A stretch of 64,000 bases of DNA from Sulfurihydrogenibium sp. GTDB lineage: Bacteria > Aquificota > Aquificia > Aquificales > Hydrogenothermaceae. Position numbers and translations under genes: made by a program. Location of the stretch: contig NZ_JAPYVU010000002.1 in the NCBI RefSeq assembly GCF_028276765.1, positions 6,066 through 70,065 of the forward strand. Direction: 5' to 3'. A model generated the notes under the pieces. That model was given only the letters and a program-made list of their open reading frames with translations, searched no databases and was not told the origin of the DNA. Below, in pieces: positions 9,601 to 18,187 of this stretch (positions are counted from its first letter, which is position 1; every line of letters starts with the position of its first letter).

Positions 9601-11295
9601 TTACTTTGCCACTTCAACGAATCTTGATTCTCTGATTGTTACTACTTTTATCTGTCCTGGGAAGTCAAGCTCGTTTTCTATTCTTTTAGCAATTTCTTTT
9701 GTAAGTAAGTATGCTTCTTCATCGGATATTTTTTCTGCATTGACGATAACTCTAACTTCTCTACCTGCTTGAATTGCAAAAGATTTTTCTACATTTTCAA
9801 ACGAGTTGACTATAGCCTCTATTTTTTCAAGCCTATTTATGTAAGATTGTAATACTTCTCTTCTTGCTCCTGGTCTTGCAGCAGAAAGTGCATCAGCAGC
9901 AGCAACTAATACTGCTTCTGGGTACCTTGCCGGCTCGTCTCCATGATGGTAAAGGATGGCGTTTATCACATAATCAGGCTCTCCATATCTTTTTGCAATC
10001 TCAGCACCGACCTTAGAGTGGGCTCCCCCAACTTCGTGAGATATTGCTTTTCCTATATCATGCATAAGTCCGCCCCTTCTTGCTTTCTTTTCATCAAGCC
10101 CAAGCATTGCAGCCATCATACCTGCTAAGTATGCAACCTCTTTTGTATGAAGTAGTACGTTTTGAGTATAAGATGTTCTGTAGTTTAACTTTCCAATGTA
10201 GTAGAAAAGTTCAGGATGGACGTCAGTAAATCCAAGTTCCAAACATGTTTCTTCTCCAAGCTTTCTTATATGCTGATCCATTTCTTCTTTCACTTTTTCA
10301 ACAACTTCTTCAATTCTTCCCGGATGGATTCTTCCATCTGCTATAAGTCTTTCTAAAGATATTTTTGCTATCTCTCTTCTCAATGGGTCAAAAGATGATA
10401 TTGTTACTATATCCGGTGTATCATCAATGATTAAGTCAACGCCTGTTGCAAGCTCAAAAGCTCTTATATTTCTTCCTTCTCTTCCGATGATTCTTCCTTT
10501 TATGTCGTTGCTTGGAAGGTCAACTACGGAAACAGTATAAGATGTCGTTACCTCCGGTGCCAATCTTTGTATTGCAGTTACAAGGGTCCATTTAGCTTCT
10601 TTTTCTGCCTGCTTTCTTGCCTCTTCTTCTATCTCTCTCATTAATTTAGCAGCTTCAAGTTTAGCTTCTTCTTCAACTTTCTTCATAAGCTCTGCTTTTG
10701 CTTCATCTTTTGTCATGCTTGCTATTCTTTGAAGTTCAAGAATGTACTGCTGCTCTGCATTCTTTAGCTTTTCTTCTTTTTCTTTTAAAATGTTTTCTAA
10801 AGCCCTAATCTCTTCTTCTAATTTATGTATTTCTTGCTCTCTTTTTATTATTTCCTCTTCTTTATGCTCAATTCTTGCAAGTCTCTTTTCTAACTGAGAT
10901 TCCCTCATTAAAAGCTGTTTTTCCAAATTTTGAAGCTCTTCTCTCTTTTGCTTAAGCTCATTTTCAAGCTCTTGTTTTCTCTTTAAAAGTTCTTTTTCTA
11001 TAATGAATTCTTGTTGTTCTTTAAGCTTTAAAGCCTCTCTTTCTATTTCTAAAGCTTTTAGTTTAGCTTCTTTCTCAACCTCCTTTAAAATTCTTTCAGC
11101 CTCTCTTTCGGCTTCTTTTTTGATTCTTTCAGCTTCAGTTACTGCTTGTTTTTCAATCTCTTCTTTTCTTTCTAATACTTTTTTGTACTCTTCTTCTTTT
11201 TCTTTTAGTTTTTTCTCGATTGTTATTTTACTTGCATAAAATCCAGCTCCGCCTGCCAAAATTGCAGAAGATAAACCAACTAATATTTCTGTCAT
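9601..11295 (-). CDS. rny: ribonuclease Y
   Basis: 564 aa. N-terminal TM helix, long E/K coiled coil, KH domain (GRIIGREGRNIRAFE) and HD domain (LMHDIGKA ... LYHHGD). Confidence 0.92.
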   Translation of the reverse strand: MTEILVGLSSAILAGGAGFYASKITIEKKLKEKEEEYKKVLERKEEIEKQAVTEAERIKKEAEREAERILKEVEKEAKLKALEIEREALKLKEQQEFIIEKELLKRKQELENELKQKREELQNLEKQLLMRESQLEKRLARIEHKEEEIIKREQEIHKLEEEIRALENILKEKEEKLKNAEQQYILELQRIASMTKDEAKAELMKKVEEEAKLEAAKLMREIEEEARKQAEKEAKWTLVTAIQRLAPEVTTSYTVSVVDLPSNDIKGRIIGREGRNIRAFELATGVDLIIDDTPDIVTISSFDPLRREIAKISLERLIADGRIHPGRIEEVVEKVKEEMDQHIRKLGEETCLELGFTDVHPELFYYIGKLNYRTSYTQNVLLHTKEVAYLAGMMAAMLGLDEKKARRGGLMHDIGKAISHEVGGAHSKVGAEIAKRYGEPDYVINAILYHHGDEPARYPEAVLVAAADALSAARPGARREVLQSYINRLEKIEAIVNSFENVEKSFAIQAGREVRVIVNAEKISDEEAYLLTKEIAKRIENELDFPGQIKVVTIRESRFVEVAK

Positions 11296-11297
11296 TT

Positions 11298-11846
11298 TTA
11301 ATCCTCCTTTTTTGTTTTGTAAATTTGTGTAGGTGTAATAATATAGTCCATTTTAACATCATGAGGGTCATGGGGAATTTTGTCTACAATTTGAAAATCA
11401 AATCCCAAACCAACCTTAAATAACGGCTTGATTTTTGGCAAAAATCTGTCATAGTAGCCTTTCCCGTAGCCTAATCTGTATCCATGTACATCAAAGGCTA
11501 CAGCCGGAACGATCACTACGTCAATTTTTCCTTCATAAACATCCCCTCTTGGCTCTTTTATTCCGCCATAACCAATATACATGTTTTCTAAATCATGAAT
11601 TTGAATAGGTAGAATATCGAGTCCTTTAACTTTTGGAAGTAGTACGATTTTAGAAAGATTTAATAGATGGTTGATTATAGGTTTTGTGTCAACTTCTCTT
11701 CTGTGGGGATAGTATAGCATAAATACATTATAGTCAAAAAGCCATGATAAGGTTAGAAGGTTTTTTAGTACTTTAAGAGAGTCTTCTTCCCAATCTGAAT
11801 AAACTTCTCTCTTTGTAAGTATCTTTTTTCTTATTTCTTCTTTCAA
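11298..11846 (-). CDS. 5-formyltetrahydrofolate cyclo-ligase
   Basis: 182 aa. VVIVPAVAFDVHGYRLGYGKGYYDRFL is the family signature block. TTG start 6 nt after a GGGAGG SD. Confidence 0.85.
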   Translation of the reverse strand: MKEEIRKKILTKREVYSDWEEDSLKVLKNLLTLSWLFDYNVFMLYYPHRREVDTKPIINHLLNLSKIVLLPKVKGLDILPIQIHDLENMYIGYGGIKEPRGDVYEGKIDVVIVPAVAFDVHGYRLGYGKGYYDRFLPKIKPLFKVGLGFDFQIVDKIPHDPHDVKMDYIITPTQIYKTKKED

Positions 11847-11879
11847 ATATGACCTCCCAATTTCTTGGAAGGTCAGGGC

Positions 11880-12076
11880 TGAAAAAGGCCCCCACAGAAG
11901 CCGACGGGATGGTTAGCCATGCTCTGAGCACAGCCCCAATAAGTGGGTGGTCGCACTGTAAGACCTTCGAGCTTCGCAAGGAAGCTACCTGGTCTTTACA
12001 GAATATAGACCTCCCTTTTCCTTGTCTATAGCCCAGAAAAATCTACACCATCCCTATCGTACCCCGCAGGTAAGCC
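11880..12076 (-). ncRNA. structured RNA candidate with a 6S-like fold (boundaries approximate)
   Basis: A G+C-rich island in an AT-rich genome, with no credible ORF. On the minus strand it folds as: closing stem GGGAUGGU(12054-12047)/ACCAUCCC(11913-11906), extended by UAG/CUA and UCUGGGC/GCUCAGA; two long unpaired strands forming a central bubble; and an apical stem CUGUAAAGACC/GGUCUUACAG capped by AGCUUC-CUUGC-GAAGCU. It lies immediately upstream of the 5-FTHF cyclo-ligase gene, matching the known ssrS-ygfA linkage. Confidence 0.45.
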
Positions 12077-12082
12077 TTATGT

Positions 12083-12111
12083 AATTTATATAAAATTAAA
12101 TTTATCTTCAA
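12083..12111 (-). promoter_or_regulatory. candidate sigma-70-type promoter for the structured RNA / cyclo-ligase transcript
   Basis: On the minus strand: TTGAAG (12111-12106), 17-nt spacer, TAAATT (12088-12083). The predicted start near 12076 gives a 5' end of GGCUUACC... Confidence 0.3.
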
Positions 12112-12134
12112 ATCTTTCAGCTCCTGATTCCTTC

Positions 12135-14546
12135 CTAAGTTCTTAAACTAATATTAGGATAATTTAATTTAAGTTTATTTAAAATTTCTTCAACTATGAT
12201 GCTGACCTCTTCATCAGACAAGCTTTTCTCTGGATTGAAAAACTCAACGTTAAAGGCAACGCTTTTTTTATTTTCAGATAAGAAATATACATCAAAAAGT
12301 TTAACTTCTTTAACATATTTAGAAGCTTTTAATATATCTTCTTTAAGTTTGCCAACTTTTACACTTTCCTCAACTACAAAGGCAAGGTCTCTGTAGGCTG
12401 ATGGGAATTTTGGCAGTTCTTGGAATACTACCGGCTCTTTTTTAAGATAATACGTATAAAGGTATCCATCCAGCAAGTTTTCCTTTCCAATCTCTCTTGG
12501 GACATATCTTAATTTTAACTCTGCTACATAAGTGTCTTTTGGTATTTCAAGCTGACGTGCTATCTCAGGATGGATTTTTCCAATAAATCCTATGTCACAG
12601 TCATTTACCTGTATGTTTGCAGATTTGTATGGATGTAGGAATACTTCTATGTTTTCATCTATAAGCTGATAGTTTTTGATTCCAAGTTTAGTTAGCAGAT
12701 TTTCCACTACACCTTTTAGCTTTAAAAAGTTCCAACTGTGAGTTGTGCTAAATTTTCTTTCTTTTTCTGTGTAGTTAAACCCATCAACAAGCTTTCCAAC
12801 TGCTAAACATCCTACTCTTATCTCTTCAAAATCTTTAAAGAATGTAGATGAAAGCTCGAAAATAGATAAGTCTTTTCTTCCAAATCTTAGGTTTTCTTTT
12901 AGATTTTCAAGTAGGCTAACTACAATCCTATCCCTTAAAACGCTATGGGATTTTAAAATGTAGTTAGTTATTTTAATCTCAGGAATGGGAAGTTTTAAAG
13001 TATTGTAGATTTCTTCTGATGTGAAAGTGTAGTTTAAAACTTCTGTAAATCCATTATCTAAAAAGTAAGCTCTTACTTTGTTATCAAAGTCATAGTATAA
13101 AGATTTTTCGTATGCTTCAACCGGAACTCTTGGATAGGTAGGTGTAAAGTTGTCATAACCATAAATTCTTGCTACTTCTTCAACTAAATCAATCGGTCTT
13201 TCTAAGTCATAAGCTCTAAACGGTGGAATTTCAGCACTGATTTGATTTTCTTGAATTTGTGTAGGTATTTCTAATCTTTCTAAAATAGATTTAATCTCTG
13301 ACGCATCAATTTTTTCACCAAGAACTTTTTCTACAAGCTCCGGCTTTAATACTACCGTCTTTGGTGTGTAAGGTTTAACATAAGCATCTTTATAAGCTTC
13401 AACTTCTCCACCGGCTAAGTTTAAAATCAATTGGGCTGCAAAGTTTGATGCTTTTGATGTATGCTCTACATCTACACCTCTTTCAAATCTGTAAGAGGAA
13501 TCTGTTAAAATTCCAAGTCTTTTTGATGTTTTTCTAACGCTTGCCGGGTCAAAAACTGCTGCCTCAAGCAAGATGTTCTTAGTATTTTCATCAATCTTGG
13601 AGTTTTCTCCACCAATAACGCCGGCTATAGCTAATACTTTTTTGCTGTCAGCTATTACTACATCGGTAGGTTTCAGTTCTTTCTCTTGACCGTCTAAGGT
13701 GATTATTTTTTCGCCCTCTTTTGCATATCTGACTGTTATACTACCTTCAAGCTTATCAAGGTCAAAAGCATGTAGTGGCTGCCCTTCTTGCAGTAATACA
13801 TAGTTAGTAATATCAACGATGTTGTTTATTACAGATATACCGGATTTAATAAGTTTTAATCTAACATCAAGGGGTGAGTTTTTAATTCTTACATTTTTTA
13901 TGATTGTTCCAATGTATCTGTAAACTTTGTCTGTTTCAATATTGATAGGTGTTTCTTTGTCTGTTAAAACAGGCTTTGGCTGAATCTCTTTTCTTCTTAG
14001 ATTAAAAATAGCTCCAATCTCCCTTGCAAGCCCTCTAACGCTTAATGCATCACCTCTGTTTGGCGTAATTTCTATCTCTAAGATATAGTCTTCTCCAAGA
14101 CCAAGAATCTTATTTGGGTCTGCTCCTACCGGCGTGTTTTCGTCTAATATAAAAATACCTTCCGATTTTTCTTCTACTTCAAGCTCTTCCAATGATAAAA
14201 GCATTCCTTCCGAAGTATAAGAACCAAAAGATACAGGCTTTATTTCTCTGCCTTTTATTACAGCTCCAACCTTTGCAAGAATTACAACATCATTTTCTTT
14301 TACATTGTCAGCACCGGTTACGATTTGATATTCTCTGCTACCATCGCTAACTTTGCAGATAAAAAGTCTATCTTTTTCTGGATGTTTTATGACTGATAAA
14401 ACTTTTACAGTTGTTAGGTTTGGAATGTATTGTCCGAATTTATAAAAAGTTGTTTCAATGCCTGTAGTGTTTAGCTTTGCTACTACATCTGAGACCGGAA
14501 TGTCTATATCTATAAACTCTTTTATCCACGAGTAAGGGACTTTCAT
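12135..14546 (-). CDS. pheT: phenylalanine--tRNA ligase beta subunit
   Basis: 803 aa. N-terminal tRNA-binding OB domain (MKVPYSWIKEF...), B3/4 and B5 regions, C-terminal anticodon-binding-like domain. 4-nt overlap with pheS. Confidence 0.95.
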   Translation of the reverse strand: MKVPYSWIKEFIDIDIPVSDVVAKLNTTGIETTFYKFGQYIPNLTTVKVLSVIKHPEKDRLFICKVSDGSREYQIVTGADNVKENDVVILAKVGAVIKGREIKPVSFGSYTSEGMLLSLEELEVEEKSEGIFILDENTPVGADPNKILGLGEDYILEIEITPNRGDALSVRGLAREIGAIFNLRRKEIQPKPVLTDKETPINIETDKVYRYIGTIIKNVRIKNSPLDVRLKLIKSGISVINNIVDITNYVLLQEGQPLHAFDLDKLEGSITVRYAKEGEKIITLDGQEKELKPTDVVIADSKKVLAIAGVIGGENSKIDENTKNILLEAAVFDPASVRKTSKRLGILTDSSYRFERGVDVEHTSKASNFAAQLILNLAGGEVEAYKDAYVKPYTPKTVVLKPELVEKVLGEKIDASEIKSILERLEIPTQIQENQISAEIPPFRAYDLERPIDLVEEVARIYGYDNFTPTYPRVPVEAYEKSLYYDFDNKVRAYFLDNGFTEVLNYTFTSEEIYNTLKLPIPEIKITNYILKSHSVLRDRIVVSLLENLKENLRFGRKDLSIFELSSTFFKDFEEIRVGCLAVGKLVDGFNYTEKERKFSTTHSWNFLKLKGVVENLLTKLGIKNYQLIDENIEVFLHPYKSANIQVNDCDIGFIGKIHPEIARQLEIPKDTYVAELKLRYVPREIGKENLLDGYLYTYYLKKEPVVFQELPKFPSAYRDLAFVVEESVKVGKLKEDILKASKYVKEVKLFDVYFLSENKKSVAFNVEFFNPEKSLSDEEVSIIVEEILNKLKLNYPNISLRT

Positions 14547-15577
14547 TCTATACCTCTAAACTGAAGGTTGAATCTTAGGTCGTTTGTAAAAAGGAGTCTG
14601 ATGTCCGTTATTTGATATCTAAGCATTGCTATTCTTTCTATTCCAAGTCCAAAAGCAAAGCCGGTATATTCTTCCGGGTCTATGCCGACAGCTTTAAACA
14701 CATTTGGGTCAACCATTCCACAACCAAGAATTTCAAGCCATCCTGTATTTTTACAAACCCTGCACCCTTTGCCTTTGCAAACAGTACAACCTACATCAAC
14801 CTCAGCTGATGGCTCTGTAAATGGAAAGTAGCTTGGTCTAAATCTGATTGGAATATCTTTGCCAAAAATGTTTTCTAAGAATATTTTTAAGATACCTTTT
14901 AAATCTTTGAAGCTTACGTTTTTATCGACCATCAAACCTTCTATCTGATGGAACATTGGGGAATGGGTTGGGTCCATATCCTTCCTGTAAACTCTTCCTG
15001 GAGCTACTATTGCAATAGGTGGCTTTTTCTTAAGCATACTTCTAATCTGAACTGGTGATGTGTGAGTCCTAAGAAGCATGCCGTTGGATGTGTAAAAAGT
15101 ATCCTGCATATCTCTCGCAGGATGATGCTCCGGAATATTTAACATTGTAAAGTTATAATCTTCATACTCAACTTCCGGACCGCTTTCTACGGTAAAACCC
15201 ATAGATTTAAAGATTTCCGTAATCTCTTTTAACGTTGTTAAAACAGGATGAGAAGCAGAAGGCTCAAACCATTCTGCCGGTAAAGATATATCTAATCTTT
15301 CTTTTCTTAAAATTTCTTCAAGCTTCTTTTTTTCAATTTCTTCTTGCTTAGCTTTTAATGTTTCTTCTAAAAACTCTTTAATGGAGTTTGCAAGCTGGCC
15401 AACTTCTTTTCTTTCCTCCGGTGATAAGCTGCCAAGAGATTTTAAAACAGAAGTAATCAATCCTTTTTTTCCAAGATATTTGACCTTTATCTCATTTAAA
15501 ACTTTTTCATCAAAAATATCTTGAACTTCTTTTTTAATCTCCTCTTTAAGCTGAAGAAGCTGAGCCTTTATATCCAT
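14543..15577 (-). CDS. pheS: phenylalanine--tRNA ligase alpha subunit
   Basis: 344 aa. Class II motifs HPARDMQDTFY, FRPSYFPFTEPSAEVD and GFAFGLGIERIAML. Confidence 0.96.
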   Translation of the reverse strand: MDIKAQLLQLKEEIKKEVQDIFDEKVLNEIKVKYLGKKGLITSVLKSLGSLSPEERKEVGQLANSIKEFLEETLKAKQEEIEKKKLEEILRKERLDISLPAEWFEPSASHPVLTTLKEITEIFKSMGFTVESGPEVEYEDYNFTMLNIPEHHPARDMQDTFYTSNGMLLRTHTSPVQIRSMLKKKPPIAIVAPGRVYRKDMDPTHSPMFHQIEGLMVDKNVSFKDLKGILKIFLENIFGKDIPIRFRPSYFPFTEPSAEVDVGCTVCKGKGCRVCKNTGWLEILGCGMVDPNVFKAVGIDPEEYTGFAFGLGIERIAMLRYQITDIRLLFTNDLRFNLQFRGIE

Positions 15578-15590
15578 AAAAGCCTCTTGT

Positions 15591-15947
15591 TTAAGCTGCT
15601 TGTAATGCTTTTTTAGCAGTTTCTACTAATTTTGCAAAAGCTTCCACGTCATTTACAGCCATATCTGCAAGGATTTTTCTGTCAAGCTCAATTCCAGACT
15701 TTTTAAGTCCGTTGATAAATTGGCTGTAGCTTAGTCCGTTTAATCTTGCAGCTGCGTTAATTCTTGTGATCCAAAGTGCTCTAAACTGTCTTTTTCTGTC
15801 TTTTCTATCTCTGTAAGCATAGTTTAGAGAGTGCATTACTTGTTCTTTAGCTCTTCTGTAAGACCTGTGCTTTTGTCCGTAGTATCCTTTTGCAAGCTTT
15901 AAAATCTTCTTTTTATGCTTCTTTGATGACGGTCCTTTAACTCTCAT
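15591..15947 (-). CDS. rplT: 50S ribosomal protein L20
   Basis: 118 aa. [24 protein letters not shown] and [14 protein letters not shown]. Confidence 0.96.
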   Translation of the reverse strand: MRVKGPSSKKHKKKILKLAKGYYGQKHRSYRRAKEQVMHSLNYAYRDRKDRKRQFRALWITRINAAARLNGLSYSQFINGLKKSGIELDRKILADMAVNDVEAFAKLVETAKKALQAA

Positions 15948-15975
15948 TTTAAATTACCTCCTTTATTTTTTTCAA

Positions 15976-16182
15976 TTAAACATCGTTTGGTAAAAGTGCT
16001 TTTACTTTATGCTCTAAATTCTTTGGAACGTATTGTGGCTTTCTTCCTTGTCTTTTTCTTTTAGAAGATTTTTTAGTGTTGTAGTGAGAAACTCCGCCTT
16101 TTGTGTACTTAACTTTTCCTGTAGCAGTGATTTTTAATCTTTTAGCCGCTGTTCTATTAGTTTTCATTTTAACCTTTGCCAT
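15976..16182 (-). CDS. rpmI: 50S ribosomal protein L35
   Basis: 68 aa. MAKVKMKTNRTAAKRLKITATGKV. Confidence 0.95.
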   Translation of the reverse strand: MAKVKMKTNRTAAKRLKITATGKVKYTKGGVSHYNTKKSSKRKRQGRKPQYVPKNLEHKVKALLPNDV

Positions 16183-16345
16183 AAAATATTCCTCCTTTTA
16201 AAAAAATTGTAAGAAAAAATTATACCATATGATTTATGCTTTGGGTGAAATTGGGAATTTTGATAAAGCTTAAGTAAGAGGAAGGAAGAGTAGTAAGATT
16301 AAACAGATACCTCATTTTTATCTCGCTATTCGATCCTTACGTATA

Positions 16346-16618
16346 GGCAATTCATGAATTGATTCAGCACCCATAATCTTTTACTACCTCGCTTATACGT
16401 TAGAAATTCAGTAAAAGTAGGAGATTCTTCGCTGACCATAAAATAAAATGGCAGCTTTACTTTTGTAAGAGCAATCTCGAATCATCCCTCTTTTACTTTT
16501 CCGCTTCATTTTAATTATCCATGAAAACGTAAGTCCAAATGAACTCTTTTTAGAGAACCTTCAACTTAAAACCTCAGGTCGACCGGAAAGGTAAACTTGT
16601 GAGAATTGTGGAACACTT
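16346..16618 (+). repeat. degenerate mosaic cluster (box F, D remnant, A end) upstream of the CRISPR leader region
   Basis: GGCAATTCATGAATTG (16346-16361), GGAGATTCTTCGC (16419-16431), ...CCTCAGGTCGACCGGAAAGGTAAACTTGTGAGAATTGTGGAACAC (ends 16616). Confidence 0.7.
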
Positions 16619-16689
16619 TTCATTTTCTGCTTGACAGATAGAAAATTTTTTTGTATATTTATAATAGCTTTTTAATTTTTTAACTGTAC

Positions 16690-16706
16690 CTTGGCAATTG
16701 AATAGG
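16690..16706 (+). promoter_or_regulatory. 17-nt box CTTGGCAATTGAATAGG, copy 1, downstream of TTGACA/TATATT-TATAAT promoter-like hexamers
   Basis: Identical to the box at 17202-17218. Preceded by cTTGACAgatag...TATAAT (about 16631-16666). Confidence 0.35.
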
Positions 16707-17163
16707 TAAGCCCGCACAAGCTTATTTTACGTGAGAACGTGAAATGTGAGACGTGAAAAGTTAGAGATAAGTTTATCAATATCTTAGTGATTTTTGTTTG
16801 ATTGCTTGACGGCTTGGTGAGATGATTTACAAGTCAGTAAAGCTAAGGTATTGATAATGTGATTTTATTTTTTGATGTTTGATTTAAGCCTGTGTAGTAA
16901 TGGCTTGAAAGAGATTTTTTGAAAAGTGAATGTAAGTATTTTTTAAATTAAACTTTTTAATTTTGAAATTTTTAATGCTTAATTTTTTGAAAATTTGTAA
17001 TTTTTTATTTTAAAATTTTTTGAGATCGGGAAGTTAAGGAGTGATATTTTCCGCCCCTTTCTGAGTTTTGGGTTTTCAGTAGTTGGCTTGTGATGGGATG
17101 TTAAAAGATAAAATATAATAATATATTTTCTGTATATCGAGGTTTGCTGCAAAAAACTTCAAC

Positions 17164-17218
17164 TTGCGGATTTTTTAAAAATTTGGTATAATGTTTTACA
17201 ACTTGGCAATTGAATAGG
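17164..17218 (+). promoter_or_regulatory. candidate CRISPR leader promoter plus conserved box, copy 2
   Basis: TTGCGG (17164-17169), 17-nt spacer, TGgTATAAT (extended -10; TATAAT at 17187-17192), then CTTGGCAATTGAATAGG at 17202-17218. The first repeat starts at 17256. Confidence 0.4.
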
Positions 17219-17255
17219 CTTTCTGCGATTTTATTTTTGATTAAAAATTTAACGG

Positions 17256-18151
17256 GTTTGTAGCCTACCTATGAGGAATTGAAACCTTATAGAAGGTGGG
17301 GCTTCCTGCTTCAACGCATGAGTTTGTAGCCTACCTATGAGGAATTGAAACACTACTTTACCGACACCTAATCTTTGGATATATTCAGGTTTGTAGCCTA
17401 CCTATGAGGAATTGAAACCTTTTTCTTCTTCACTCAAATCTTTATGCAACTCATGTTTGTAGCCTACCTATGAGGAATTGAAACCCAAGAGGCTTAAAAT
17501 TTCCCTGACGAGGCCTTTGGCGTTTGTAGCCTACCTATGAGGAATTGAAACAGGAGTAGGACGTGCCCTTTTCAAATAATAGTTACCAGTTTGTAGCCTA
17601 CCTATGAGGAATTGAAACTGAGCTTAGTTTTACCTGCAGATAATCAGGGAGGTGGAGTTTGTAGCCTACCTATGAGGAATTGAAACCGGTCGTCATCTCC
17701 GCTGTACGGGGAACTCCCATACGTTTGTAGCCTACCTATGAGGAATTGAAACCCTTTACACCCATTGTCATCAGAGGAAGAGGATGATGTTTGTAGCCTA
17801 CCTATGAGGAATTGAAACGTGTTCTTTAAAGATGTAGGTTCTGGAGATTATCTCGTTTGTAGCCTACCTATGAGGAATTGAAACCTTAATGCTTTGGCAA
17901 GAGACCAAGAACAGAAGATAAGGTTTGTAGCCTACCTATGAGGAATTGAAACTTGTATCACATGTAAGATAGAATTCTTCTTTATTTAAGTTTGTAGCCT
18001 ACCTATGAGGAATTGAAACTCTTCAGAGAGGATTTGTCCTTCTTCCAACCTCTTTGTTTGCAGCCTACTTATGAGGAATTGAAGCCAAGTCTTATTTCAG
18101 CTGTAATGTATTTTCCTATTCGTTTGCAGCCTACCTATGAGGAATTGAAAC
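17256..18151 (+). CRISPR. CRISPR array: 14 repeats of 30 nt (GTTTGTAGCCTACCTATGAGGAATTGAAAC) and 13 spacers of 36-38 nt
   Basis: Repeat starts: 17256, 17322, 17389, 17455, 17522, 17589, 17657, 17723, 17789, 17855, 17923, 17990, 18056, 18122. The last two repeats are degenerate (GTTTGCAGCCTACTTATGAGGAATTGAAGC and GTTTGCAGCC...), which marks the trailer end. An AT-rich leader lies upstream. The repeat ends in ATTGAAAC, the usual Cas6-type 8-nt crRNA 5' tag, consistent with + strand transcription. Confidence 0.97.
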
Positions 18152-18187
18152 ATTTTGAAAAGGTTTTGATAATGGTATTTCTTCTTT

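Noticed and set aside
11773-12031. Track ORFs 11773-11979 (-) and 11849-12031 (+) in the pheT / cyclo-ligase gap
   Set aside because: Both lie in the G+C-rich structured region and one overlaps the cyclo-ligase gene. Neither has an SD, and their composition is unlike the K/E/I-rich proteome. An RNA explanation fits better.
11850-12134. Alternative identities for the G+C-rich RNA: RNase P RNA, SRP RNA, tmRNA, cobalamin/THF/ZTP riboswitch
   Set aside because: The GAGGAAAGUCC / ACAGAA..GGCUUA P4 elements of RNase P are absent and the space is too short. There is no GGAAGCAGCC-type SRP domain IV, no tRNA-like tmRNA ends, and no B12 box or ZTP/THF core that I can recognise. These are by-eye judgements, so covariance-model searches are still needed.
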